NCBI GenBank assembly: GCA_945861775.1
Contig: CAMAVT010000001.1
Coordinates: 1-61,442 of the forward strand
Reading direction: 5' to 3'
Length of the DNA stretch: 61,442 nucleotides
DNA from: Bifidobacterium breve
Lineage (GTDB): Bacteria; Actinomycetota; Actinomycetes; S36-B12
Below the pieces are notes generated by a model. That model was given only the letters and a program-made list of their open reading frames with translations. It ran no database searches and was not told where the DNA came from. Position 1 is the first letter of the stretch. Every line of letters begins with the position of its first letter. This document shows positions 28,458-36,129 of this stretch, piece after piece. A program made the translations under genes and the position numbers.

Positions 28458-28943
28458 TTGAAGTTGGACGTTGACTGGTTTCCTACAGCTACTGCTAGTG
28501 AGATCTTGCCACGACTTTGGATGGGTGGGCTTACTGAGCAGGAACACCTTGGCGAGCCCCTTGAAGAGGATCACTACTCATTTGATAACCCACATGACCT
28601 CATCATCACCTTGTATGCGGATGCTCAGCCCGCACCGTGGGGTGTTGTTGAGTTGCGTTATGGGTTCCCTGATGACGATATTTCTGACGATCAAATAACT
28701 CCATGTTTACGGCTAGCGTGATATGGATGGGAGGAGTGGCGTTCTGGCGCAAGTGTCCTCATTCGTTGCCAACAAGGCGTTAATCGATCAGGGCTAGTCA
28801 CTGTGCTTGTATTGATGTTTGATGGCATGTCAGCAAATGACGCTATTTCTTTGGTGCGCAGTCGTCGTGGTGGTGCCGTGCTTAATAACAAGGCGTTTGA
28901 GAAGTGGCTGCGCGAGCAAGCACCCACACATTTGGAGGGCTAA
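28458..28943 (+). pseudogene. Cys-based (CX5R) dual-specificity/tyrosine phosphatase interrupted by an in-frame TGA
   Basis: 28458..28718 (…ILPRLWMGGL…) and 28722..28940 are in the same frame. The second part carries VLIRCQQGVNRSG (Cys codon 28767-28769, Arg codon 28785-28787). TGA at 28719-28721 sits between LRLA and YGWEEW. Confidence 0.7.
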
Positions 28944-28992
28944 TCAGGACAAGTTCACTCGTGGACGTCATTGCAACATATAGGGTTTCGGA

Positions 28993-29658
28993 ATGACAAA
29001 GTCTCGCATCTTCGCGATCACCGCTGCGATTTCATGGTTTGCCGTTGGTCTGGGTTTCGTGCTCAACGTCTTTAACGTCTACCCCGAGGCTGTGGTTGAA
29101 CCCTTTGCCTATGGAAATAATCCTGAAGGCATCGAAGGTCTTGTTGGTCGGACGATTGATTTCTTTAGCTACTTTACTTATCTCAGCAACATCATCGTGG
29201 CAATTGTTCTCACCATGCTGGCCCGCAATGTAAATCGGCATGGAGCAGTATTTGCCACCCTTCGCATGGACTCCTTGGTCATGATTTCGGTGACCGGCCT
29301 CGTCTACTACCTGCTCCTCGCCGCAGACGCCAATCCACAAGGTCTGCAGATCGTAAGTAATGCTCTCCTTCACTACATCATTCCGATTCTTACCGTGGTG
29401 GTGTGGCTTCTTATCGGACCGCGGGGGTTGTTCCGCCTCTGGATGGTTTTCGCGGCCTTGATTATTCCAATTCTGTGGGCGGTGTATGCCATGGTTCGTG
29501 GTGCAATCATTGATGCATACCCGTACGGCTTCTTAAATGCCCAGGAACTCGGATTAGGGACTGCCATTACCAATATTTGTGGTGTTGCAATTCTGGGTAT
29601 CGTTCTGGGATTGATCTATTGGGCGATTGATCGGCTGCTCAGCCGCCGGCGCTCATAG
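28993..29658 (+). CDS. Pr6Pr-family (FAR-17a/AIG1-like) six-TM membrane protein
   Basis: Six hydrophobic segments and the FFSYFTYLSNIIVAIV block I associate with Pr6Pr proteins. Confidence 0.55.
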   Translation: MTKSRIFAITAAISWFAVGLGFVLNVFNVYPEAVVEPFAYGNNPEGIEGLVGRTIDFFSYFTYLSNIIVAIVLTMLARNVNRHGAVFATLRMDSLVMISVTGLVYYLLLAADANPQGLQIVSNALLHYIIPILTVVVWLLIGPRGLFRLWMVFAALIIPILWAVYAMVRGAIIDAYPYGFLNAQELGLGTAITNICGVAILGIVLGLIYWAIDRLLSRRRS

Positions 29659-29700
29659 AGCCTATTGCTGATCTGTTCCTGCAGTCCGAACGTTGAAAGA

Positions 29701-29922
29701 TCAGGCTGCAGCTGCCATGGACTTACGGCTGGTGGTGTGCCAACCGCCGCAGGCATCACACGGGTAGGTGCGGATTTCACTGCGGTGTGATTGCGTGCCG
29801 AATTCGGCGGCGCGGGTGCGGGAAATACTGGCGTGGTGGAGAACCTGAACTGCGCTCTTGTGGTCGGGCCAACGCTTTTTACCCGTACGCGAACAGGTTT
29901 TTGGTCGTGGCTGCGGTCGCAT
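29701..29922 (-). CDS. small basic protein with a Cys/His C-terminal motif (zinc-ribbon-like)
   Basis: RBS AAGGGGGAAATC before the ATG. KRWPDHKSAVQVLHHA...RTYPCDACGGWHTTS resembles small actinobacterial/actinophage proteins. No named family recalled. Confidence 0.5.
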   Translation of the reverse strand: MRPQPRPKTCSRTGKKRWPDHKSAVQVLHHASISRTRAAEFGTQSHRSEIRTYPCDACGGWHTTSRKSMAAAA

Positions 29923-29974
29923 GATTTCCCCCTTGAGTTGTTTCTCTGGACATCATTCTTATGTAGGGGTCTGA

Positions 29975-30084
29975 CAGCCTTGATTTGTCACTGGTGTTCA
30001 CGTTTCTTGTTGGTGCCCTGTTGCCTCTTGGTCCCTGACCATAAACCTCGCCTAGAGAGAAAGGCCCAGCCAATTGGCTGGGCC
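29975..30084 (+). repeat. copy 4 (decayed) of the module: 5' UTR fragment plus hairpin only
   Basis: 30018-30053 is identical (36/36) to 28073-28108. Perfect hairpin GGCCCAGCCAATTGGCTGGGCC at 30063-30084. Lacks the 69 bp (28109-28177) that carry SD, ATG and codons 1-6. Confidence 0.7.
30054..30084 (-). terminator. intrinsic terminator (minus strand)
   Basis: Perfect 22-nt palindrome followed on the minus strand by TTTCTCTCT. Confidence 0.5.
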
Positions 30085-30508
30085 TCCTCAAATCTCCAGC
30101 ATTTTGGTTAGTAGTCGTAGAGACATCCGTTCTTGTTGTAGTGTGGATTGAGTTTGAATCCCTTGCGCTCCAGACTTTGCCGGATGGACTTGAGCTGTTC
30201 CTCATCTTGGAATCCCATCCAGTACAGCAAGTGATAGGTCGATACTAGAACCCTTCTTCATGTCTGCGTCTTGCAGTGACATTCCAACCAGAAGTCACGA
30301 TTTCTACTCCTGAAACACCGAGTGGGGTGATCAGGTGCCTGGGGTATCCGCCGTTGGGCATAACGTTCCTTTCGTCAGTTTTTATCTGGCTCAACGAATT
30401 TGTTGAACCCTGACACAACTCAAAGCACCCCTACGGGGTGCTAAAAGACGAGCGCGCGCGTGCACACGTGAAGGGGACGTTTTTGTGGTGTGAGATTGGC
30501 CCTTCTAC

Positions 30509-31696
30509 TCAAGCAATGCGCAAGGTGTTTTGTAAATCTATGAGGGAAATTGCTTCAACACCGTGTTGCATGATGTAACGCTCGGTGCCGGAGTACACGA
30601 CGTAGGCCCTCGTGATGTCAAGGTCTTGTAGTGCTGTGTGAAACCCGCGTGTGAGTTTGGGAGTGGATGAATTCTTGACCTCGATTGCGATTTCAGGTTT
30701 GCCACCCTTGGTCAGCACGAGATCAATTTCTGCCCCATTTGAGGTCCGGTAAAAGTAGGGCTCCCAAGAGGTGGAGGTCAGGTTGGTTGAGATAGAAGTG
30801 ATCACGGATTCGATCACGAGCGACTCAAAACTTGATCCGATTACGGGGTGTCCGCGCAGTTCATCGAGAGTCGCAATACCCAAGAGGGCATGCGCAATCC
30901 CGGTGTCGCGGATAAACACTTTCGGGCTTTTGACCACTCGTTTCCCAACATTTGTTGACCAGGGTCGCAGAAGCCTGATCATGCCGAGCTCGGAAAGCAG
31001 ATCAAGATACCGATCGATTGTTGGATTTGAGATTCCTAGCGAGCCGGCAAGATTTGCGGAATTGAGTAGGCCGCCGGAACTGTGAGCAATCATTTGCCAT
31101 AGTCGCGAGAGAGTTTCGGTTGAGATTCGAGGGGCGAACATGGGAACTTCACGATCAAGGAATGACCTAATGAATGCTTGACGCCATTGCAAACTTGTGG
31201 AGTCGCTTTGCGCAAGCAGACTGTCAGGAAACCCCCCTCGGATGAGCACTTGATCCTGATCGACACCGGTGGGCGCGGCTTCGGCAGGTGTGATTGGCGT
31301 GAGCTCGACAAATGCGAGGCGTCCAGCCAAACTCTCGCTCGCTGCACCTACTAATTCCTGAGATGCTGACCCAAGTAGCAAAAATGATCCGTTTCGGATT
31401 CCCACTCGGCGCTGTTCGTCTATCACCCCCCTGAGAACGGGAAACAATTGGGGATTCCGCTGGACTTCATCGAGCACCAGGAAATCGTTGAGTTTACTCC
31501 GCAGATATACATCAGGTTCGGATAGTCGGTTGGCATCCGCGGGCCGCTCCAGGTCTAGATACATTCCCCCCTGCGCGGCGGCGATTTCCAACGCCAGAGT
31601 CGTCGTTCCTATTTGACGTGGGCCCAGCAGTGCAACAGCAGGGAAACTTTGCAATTTTTGCTCGAGGAGTGGTTTTGCCCAGCGCTCAATTACCAT
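30509..31696 (-). CDS. AAA-type ATPase with DUF4143 C-terminal domain (degenerate Walker A)
   Basis: LLGPRQIGTTTLALE, then LVLDEVQRNPQLFPVLR, and a DUF4143-like C-terminal half. Confidence 0.75.
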   Translation of the reverse strand: MVIERWAKPLLEQKLQSFPAVALLGPRQIGTTTLALEIAAAQGGMYLDLERPADANRLSEPDVYLRSKLNDFLVLDEVQRNPQLFPVLRGVIDEQRRVGIRNGSFLLLGSASQELVGAASESLAGRLAFVELTPITPAEAAPTGVDQDQVLIRGGFPDSLLAQSDSTSLQWRQAFIRSFLDREVPMFAPRISTETLSRLWQMIAHSSGGLLNSANLAGSLGISNPTIDRYLDLLSELGMIRLLRPWSTNVGKRVVKSPKVFIRDTGIAHALLGIATLDELRGHPVIGSSFESLVIESVITSISTNLTSTSWEPYFYRTSNGAEIDLVLTKGGKPEIAIEVKNSSTPKLTRGFHTALQDLDITRAYVVYSGTERYIMQHGVEAISLIDLQNTLRIA

Positions 31697-31783
31697 GTAA
31701 ATATAATAGCAGACATTAAATATACATGGTAGTTGTGATCAGATGAGCCGTCTCGATGAGGGGATCATGGAAATTCTCACTTC

Positions 31784-32755
31784 TTAGTTCGATTGGGATG
31801 ACCAGGCACGAACTGCAACCAGTTCGGCTATGAGTACTTCGGTGAGAAGTTGAACGTCTTCGATCGTGTCATGCGGGTAGCGGATGGTGAACTTGGCGTT
31901 TGGTAGCTCACCGCCGGCTGAGACGATGGTGGAGCCTCGGGACTCGCACCACTCAATCAGTGCCGGCTCCCACGGGGAATGCGGGAAGAGCAGCATGCGG
32001 TAGTCGGTTGTTTTGGTGAGGTAGACGTCAACATGGGACCAGTCCCCCGTTTCACACCCCACAGCATTAAGGCGCGGACCTTCACGCAACATGAGGGCGC
32101 TTTGTTGGGCATTACAGAAACGACTGGCCGGGGCAACAAATGCGGTGCCTGTTGGACCAAGGAGTAATTCCGATACTGCGGGTAGCCATTGCTCTGAAGT
32201 CTTGAGAATTTCGGCACATGCTTGGGCTGACATGCGCACAAGTTCGGGAACTGAGCTGGTCATGGATTGCGGGGCAAGGTGTTGCTGTAGCGAGAGTAGT
32301 AAGGCAATTGTGTTTTGGTAGGAACGGCAGGCGACCCCACCCAACTCGGGTTCGGCATTGATGGGGATGTGGATGTCGCATAAGTCTGCGATGGGTGATG
32401 ACTCAACATTGGTGAGTGAGATGGTGCGGCAGGCGCCGGAGTAGTGCTGGGCGGCATGAACTGTTTCCACTGAAGTGCCGCTGGCGGAGACAACAATCAC
32501 TACGCTGTTGGAGTCGACCTTGGGGAGAAGGTCGGAGCTGGCCAGGGTTGCGACCGCATTTATTCCCTGGGCTTGTAGTCGCGCAGCGGCAATAGCGTTG
32601 GCGTAATGGGAGGAGCCCATGCCAAGGAACACAATGCGATCCGTTGCTGTGATGGCAGTCGCTGACCACGGGTTTGATGCGGTGAGGTGATCGGCTAATT
32701 GATTGAGGACCTCGGGTTTGCGATCAAGGTCGGCGCGAAAGAGAACCGGATCCAC
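31784..32755 (-). CDS. SIS-domain sugar-phosphate isomerase/deglycase-like protein
   Basis: RIVFLGMGSSHYANAIAA and VVIVVSASGTSVETV are typical SIS blocks. There are two SIS halves. Confidence 0.75.
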   Translation of the reverse strand: MDPVLFRADLDRKPEVLNQLADHLTASNPWSATAITATDRIVFLGMGSSHYANAIAAARLQAQGINAVATLASSDLLPKVDSNSVVIVVSASGTSVETVHAAQHYSGACRTISLTNVESSPIADLCDIHIPINAEPELGGVACRSYQNTIALLLSLQQHLAPQSMTSSVPELVRMSAQACAEILKTSEQWLPAVSELLLGPTGTAFVAPASRFCNAQQSALMLREGPRLNAVGCETGDWSHVDVYLTKTTDYRMLLFPHSPWEPALIEWCESRGSTIVSAGGELPNAKFTIRYPHDTIEDVQLLTEVLIAELVAVRAWSSQSN

Positions 32756-34044
32756 TAGATAGCTCCTTTGTTCTGGGTCGCGTCAGGAAACATTGATGTT
32801 ATGACTGAATCAGGTACGTAGCGCCAATGCGGGAGGTGACGCACTGAGTAGATGTATTCGCGAAGTTCCTGGTGAAGCATAAACGGTTCAATAAGTCGTT
32901 CGTCAAGAATCGTGATTAACCCTTCACGTCGAAGAACATCTTTGTATTCGAGGAGGAATATCTCTTGGGCGTGCGCTGCCCAGATCAGGGCTGCTTGGGG
33001 TTCGAGGCCTTCGGTTCGGTAATTCACTACCCGAGCAACATGGTCGATAGAAGCCAACATGCTGGCAATATCACGAGCCGCCGGTTGCTTCGCGAGTCGT
33101 TCCAGCGGAGATGCGATAGGACTGCCGTCGAAGTCAACGATGTAGTACTCCCCCGCCGGTGACTCGATTATTTGACCTACATGAAAATCACCGTGGGTGT
33201 TGATTGCTGGTGTGTGATCAACGGTGGTGAGTGTATTGAGTCGCTCGCGAATTGCGGCCTGTCGTGTGCGCAGACGCTCGCCTTCGGCGCCATCGACAAT
33301 TTCACATGCTGTGTTTAGATCGGCTAATGCACTATCGAGGAATTCTTGAATGCGGTCGTGGTTTAGTTCCTTGATTTCGGTGCGCGCTAGGGCGACGTGC
33401 ATTTCACCGGTCATCTGGCCAATGCGTGCGAAGGGTGTGATTGCATCAACACCGGAGCCTTGGGCATAAGAACGAACTAACTCGACCGCCCACTCCCAGC
33501 CATCACGGGAATCGGGGATGAACTCTGTGGCGGTGGCCAGGGTGAGAACTTCACCGCTGCTTGGATCGGTCCACTCAATCGTTGCAATGGGTAATGGGGT
33601 TACGGGTTGGGTGCTTAGGGCGCGTAAGCGGGAAGGAGCAGGTGATGTGGTGGCGTTGATCTGCCACTTGAGCATGATCGCGTTGTTCACAATCACAGAG
33701 TCGGTGCTTTGGTCAACGGTAATGGAGCGTTCCGTGGAGTGGTTGTCCGTTGACTGATTTGGCGCGAGTGAATTAATGTGTTCGATTCGAAAGTTGCCAG
33801 AAGATGCGGTGTTCAGGATTGCCTCACTGACAAGTGCGCGGTGAAAGCCAGTGTCACTGAGTTGACCAGGGACAACGAGGATGCGAGCACCGGTGCGAAC
33901 CAGCGCGAGATAGGCGCCGTTACCTGCGTCAAGTGAATCAATTAACTCGCAGGGTTCGTGCAGATCACCCGAGCGAGCTTGGGAGCGATCAGGGAGAAGG
34001 TCGGCTGCATTGGCGGCCGCGATCGCAGCAGAGAGTGAGATCAC
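32755..34044 (-). CDS. maltokinase-like / aminoglycoside-phosphotransferase-fold kinase
   Basis: C-terminal catalytic block NTHGDFHVGQIIESPAGEYYIVDFDGSP. Overlaps both neighbouring genes. Confidence 0.65.
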   Translation of the reverse strand: MISLSAAIAAANAADLLPDRSQARSGDLHEPCELIDSLDAGNGAYLALVRTGARILVVPGQLSDTGFHRALVSEAILNTASSGNFRIEHINSLAPNQSTDNHSTERSITVDQSTDSVIVNNAIMLKWQINATTSPAPSRLRALSTQPVTPLPIATIEWTDPSSGEVLTLATATEFIPDSRDGWEWAVELVRSYAQGSGVDAITPFARIGQMTGEMHVALARTEIKELNHDRIQEFLDSALADLNTACEIVDGAEGERLRTRQAAIRERLNTLTTVDHTPAINTHGDFHVGQIIESPAGEYYIVDFDGSPIASPLERLAKQPAARDIASMLASIDHVARVVNYRTEGLEPQAALIWAAHAQEIFLLEYKDVLRREGLITILDERLIEPFMLHQELREYIYSVRHLPHWRYVPDSVITSMFPDATQNKGAI

Positions 34045-35366
34045 GAGGTTGCGTGAGCGCGGGCCACCGACTCGATTACGTCGGCACCTTTTGTTGTTCC
34101 CTCACGGGACTGGATCCCTGTTGCCATTACTGCCATGCGCTGCGCCAACTCTGAATCACCCAAAAGTGCTTCCAACGCAGAGTTCATCTCCTCTTCGGTG
34201 AAGGTGTAGGTGGACAGGCGGCGGCCAAAACCTAACTCGTCCATGCGTTGCGCATTGTCATACTGATCCCAGAACAGTGGCAGCAGGATCATCGGCTTGC
34301 CAAAATGCAGTGACTCTGTTGTCGTGTTGTTTCCACCGTGGGTGATCACCAGATCGACCTTAGGGATGATGGTTGTTTGCGGAACGAACTCTGCGCCCAC
34401 CATGTTGTCGGCGAGTTCATACTCATCATGCTGGGGACCCTTGGAAACAATGAAACGGTGCTTGGTGCGACCAAGGACATCGACAAGTCTTTTCATCAAA
34501 TCAACATCGGCGCTACCCAGTGAACCGAGTGATAAATAAATCAGGGCGCTGTCAGCGGGACGCTCGGCGACCTCAGCGGGAATGGTGTATTCAGCATCAG
34601 TTGAACGCACCGAAGAATCCATGCGGTGCCAGGTGCTATCCAGCTCCCTTTGGTCGGTGTAGTCCGCCTCTTGCGGGTATACGTAGAGATTCGCTGCTGT
34701 AGAAGTGTGAATGAACTCGAGGTCGTCCAGGGCTGGAGCACCCGATGCAACAACAAACTCGTTGAACGCTGTCCACATTTCTCGGTGGGAGCGATCGTAA
34801 GCATCAAGAAAGGTCTGCCATTGGGAATCGTCAGCTTGGGCGTAACCCGAGAAAGTGGGCGCGATGCGTGGCCCTCTCATCTCTAGAGGATTACACGAGA
34901 CGATACGAACAAATGGAGCACCTGCGGTCATGAGTGCTGGAAAACACAACACGTTGTCTTCCACGACAACATCTGGTTTCACGCGTTCGATGATTTGCTT
35001 GAGTTGTGGTTCGCAATACACGGCGCCATCAATTAATGCCTGCCAGGTTGGTTTGATAAAAGTTTCTAGTTGCTCAATTGTTGGCTTGCGAAACTCTGGT
35101 GCTGTTTCCTTAATGAACTCTTTCCAAAATGCACCCGGGTCTGCTTCGGTGTCGTCGGTGGTTTCGGCCGGTGGAGCAAGATCAACCAGATCCTCCTCAA
35201 AACCCAGAGCGGTCAGCTTGCCTGCCCAGGAAGCTTCGGCGGCGAAAACCACTCGATGACCGCGATCCAGTAACACCTTGCCAATACCAATGCACTGATT
35301 GGTGGGGCCGTATGCCGACTCGGGCATGAACAAAATGGTGAGCGGTCGGGTGGAGTTGTCGGTCAT
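34041..35366 (-). CDS. MGT-family (GT1, UDP-glycosyltransferase) glycosyltransferase
   Basis: LTILFMPESAYGPTNQCIGIGKVLLDRGHRVVF and the C-terminal donor motif ITHGGNNTTTESLHFGKPMILLPLFWDQYDNAQR. Confidence 0.8.
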   Translation of the reverse strand: MTDNSTRPLTILFMPESAYGPTNQCIGIGKVLLDRGHRVVFAAEASWAGKLTALGFEEDLVDLAPPAETTDDTEADPGAFWKEFIKETAPEFRKPTIEQLETFIKPTWQALIDGAVYCEPQLKQIIERVKPDVVVEDNVLCFPALMTAGAPFVRIVSCNPLEMRGPRIAPTFSGYAQADDSQWQTFLDAYDRSHREMWTAFNEFVVASGAPALDDLEFIHTSTAANLYVYPQEADYTDQRELDSTWHRMDSSVRSTDAEYTIPAEVAERPADSALIYLSLGSLGSADVDLMKRLVDVLGRTKHRFIVSKGPQHDEYELADNMVGAEFVPQTTIIPKVDLVITHGGNNTTTESLHFGKPMILLPLFWDQYDNAQRMDELGFGRRLSTYTFTEEEMNSALEALLGDSELAQRMAVMATGIQSREGTTKGADVIESVARAHATS

Positions 35367-35392
35367 GGTGTGATTCCTTTGGAGTGGGGTGC

Positions 35393-35998
35393 TTAATTTC
35401 GGGTTTGCTGGGGAAGAGTATTCCCAGTTGCTAGTCGGGCGTAATCAAGGATTAACTCAACAGCGGTCTGGTAATCCAAGGTTGGGTGCTTAGCAATTAT
35501 TCGGTAACCGTAAGCGTCTTCCAGGGCAACCAAATTGCGCGCGATGGTGAGGGGATCCTGGGCCAGGTGGAATTCATCTTGGCTGACACCCAGTTCAAGA
35601 ATGTTTTGATACATGCCGACTTGGCGGTCATAGAGGGAAGTGAGGAGCACCGCATAAATGGTGTTGCGAGCGGCCTCACCACCGAGGGAGCAGAGCAAAC
35701 GGACTTCTTCGTCTTCGGGGGTGCGGGGAACACCGAGTGAGATGGTGTGAATAAGTCGTTCGGTTGGGTCGGCGATTGCGGCGATTACATTGAGGCGATC
35801 GTTATAGAAACGCTCCATGCCAGCGCGGTTTGCCTCGACGAGGAGCTCTTCGATTCCGGTGTAGTGGTAGAGAATCGCGCTGGAGGTGACCCCCGCGGCT
35901 TCGGCGACCTGATTCAGGCGAACGGCGGAACCGTGCTCGGCGAGGGCACGCTGAGCAGCAGAAATGAGATCTGCTTTGCGTTCACTCGTCTTCGCCAC
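35393..35998 (-). CDS. TetR-family transcriptional regulator
   Basis: N-terminal HTH LISAAQRALAEHGSAVRLNQVAEAAGVTSSAILYHY. Confidence 0.85.
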   Translation of the reverse strand: MAKTSERKADLISAAQRALAEHGSAVRLNQVAEAAGVTSSAILYHYTGIEELLVEANRAGMERFYNDRLNVIAAIADPTERLIHTISLGVPRTPEDEEVRLLCSLGGEAARNTIYAVLLTSLYDRQVGMYQNILELGVSQDEFHLAQDPLTIARNLVALEDAYGYRIIAKHPTLDYQTAVELILDYARLATGNTLPQQTRN

Positions 35999-36017
35999 CC
36001 CATGATCCTAGGAGTTT

Positions 36018-36033
36018 TCTGAACTTAAATTCA
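36018..36033. promoter_or_regulatory. operator-like motif TCTGAACTTAAATTCA
   Basis: First of two related imperfect palindromes in the AT-rich divergent region between the TetR gene and the ABC operon. Confidence 0.3.
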
Positions 36034-36082
36034 ACAATTTGGACATATCCGTAGAATTAAACTGGTTTTTACTGTTTAATAA

Positions 36083-36099
36083 TCTGAACTGAGATTCAG
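36083..36099. promoter_or_regulatory. operator-like motif TCTGAACTGAGATTCAG
   Basis: Second copy. Arms CTGAA/TTCAG. Confidence 0.3.
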
Positions 36100-36129
36100 T
36101 TTTTATCGGATTTTATTAAAGGAGAGCAG

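Noticed and set aside
28719-28721. In-frame TGA in the phosphatase as a selenocysteine codon
   Set aside because: The codon is not at the catalytic Cys (28767-28769). I saw no SECIS-like hairpin immediately downstream. TGG to TGA is a simpler explanation. It is kept as a nonsense/pseudogene finding.
30150-30175. GAGTTTGAATCCC, resembling a tRNA T-arm (GGTTCGAATCC), as a possible tRNA fragment or att site
   Set aside because: No acceptor stem, anticodon arm or D-arm can be drawn around it. It lies within a possible short coding frame.
28003-30205. Track ORFs 28003..28272(-), 29791..30111(+) and 29879..30205(-), which share peptide strings such as EVYGQGPRGN and QLAGPFSLGE
   Set aside because: The shared peptides are just translations of the repeated non-coding module sequence in a non-conserved frame. 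There is no RBS or start conservation.
12000-31700. Search for integrase, transposase, tRNA or att-type direct repeats delimiting the island
   Set aside because: None were recognised by eye. The only direct repeats found (module copies 3 and 4) bracket just 1.9 kb and look like paralogous modules rather than att sites. Island borders therefore remain undefined.
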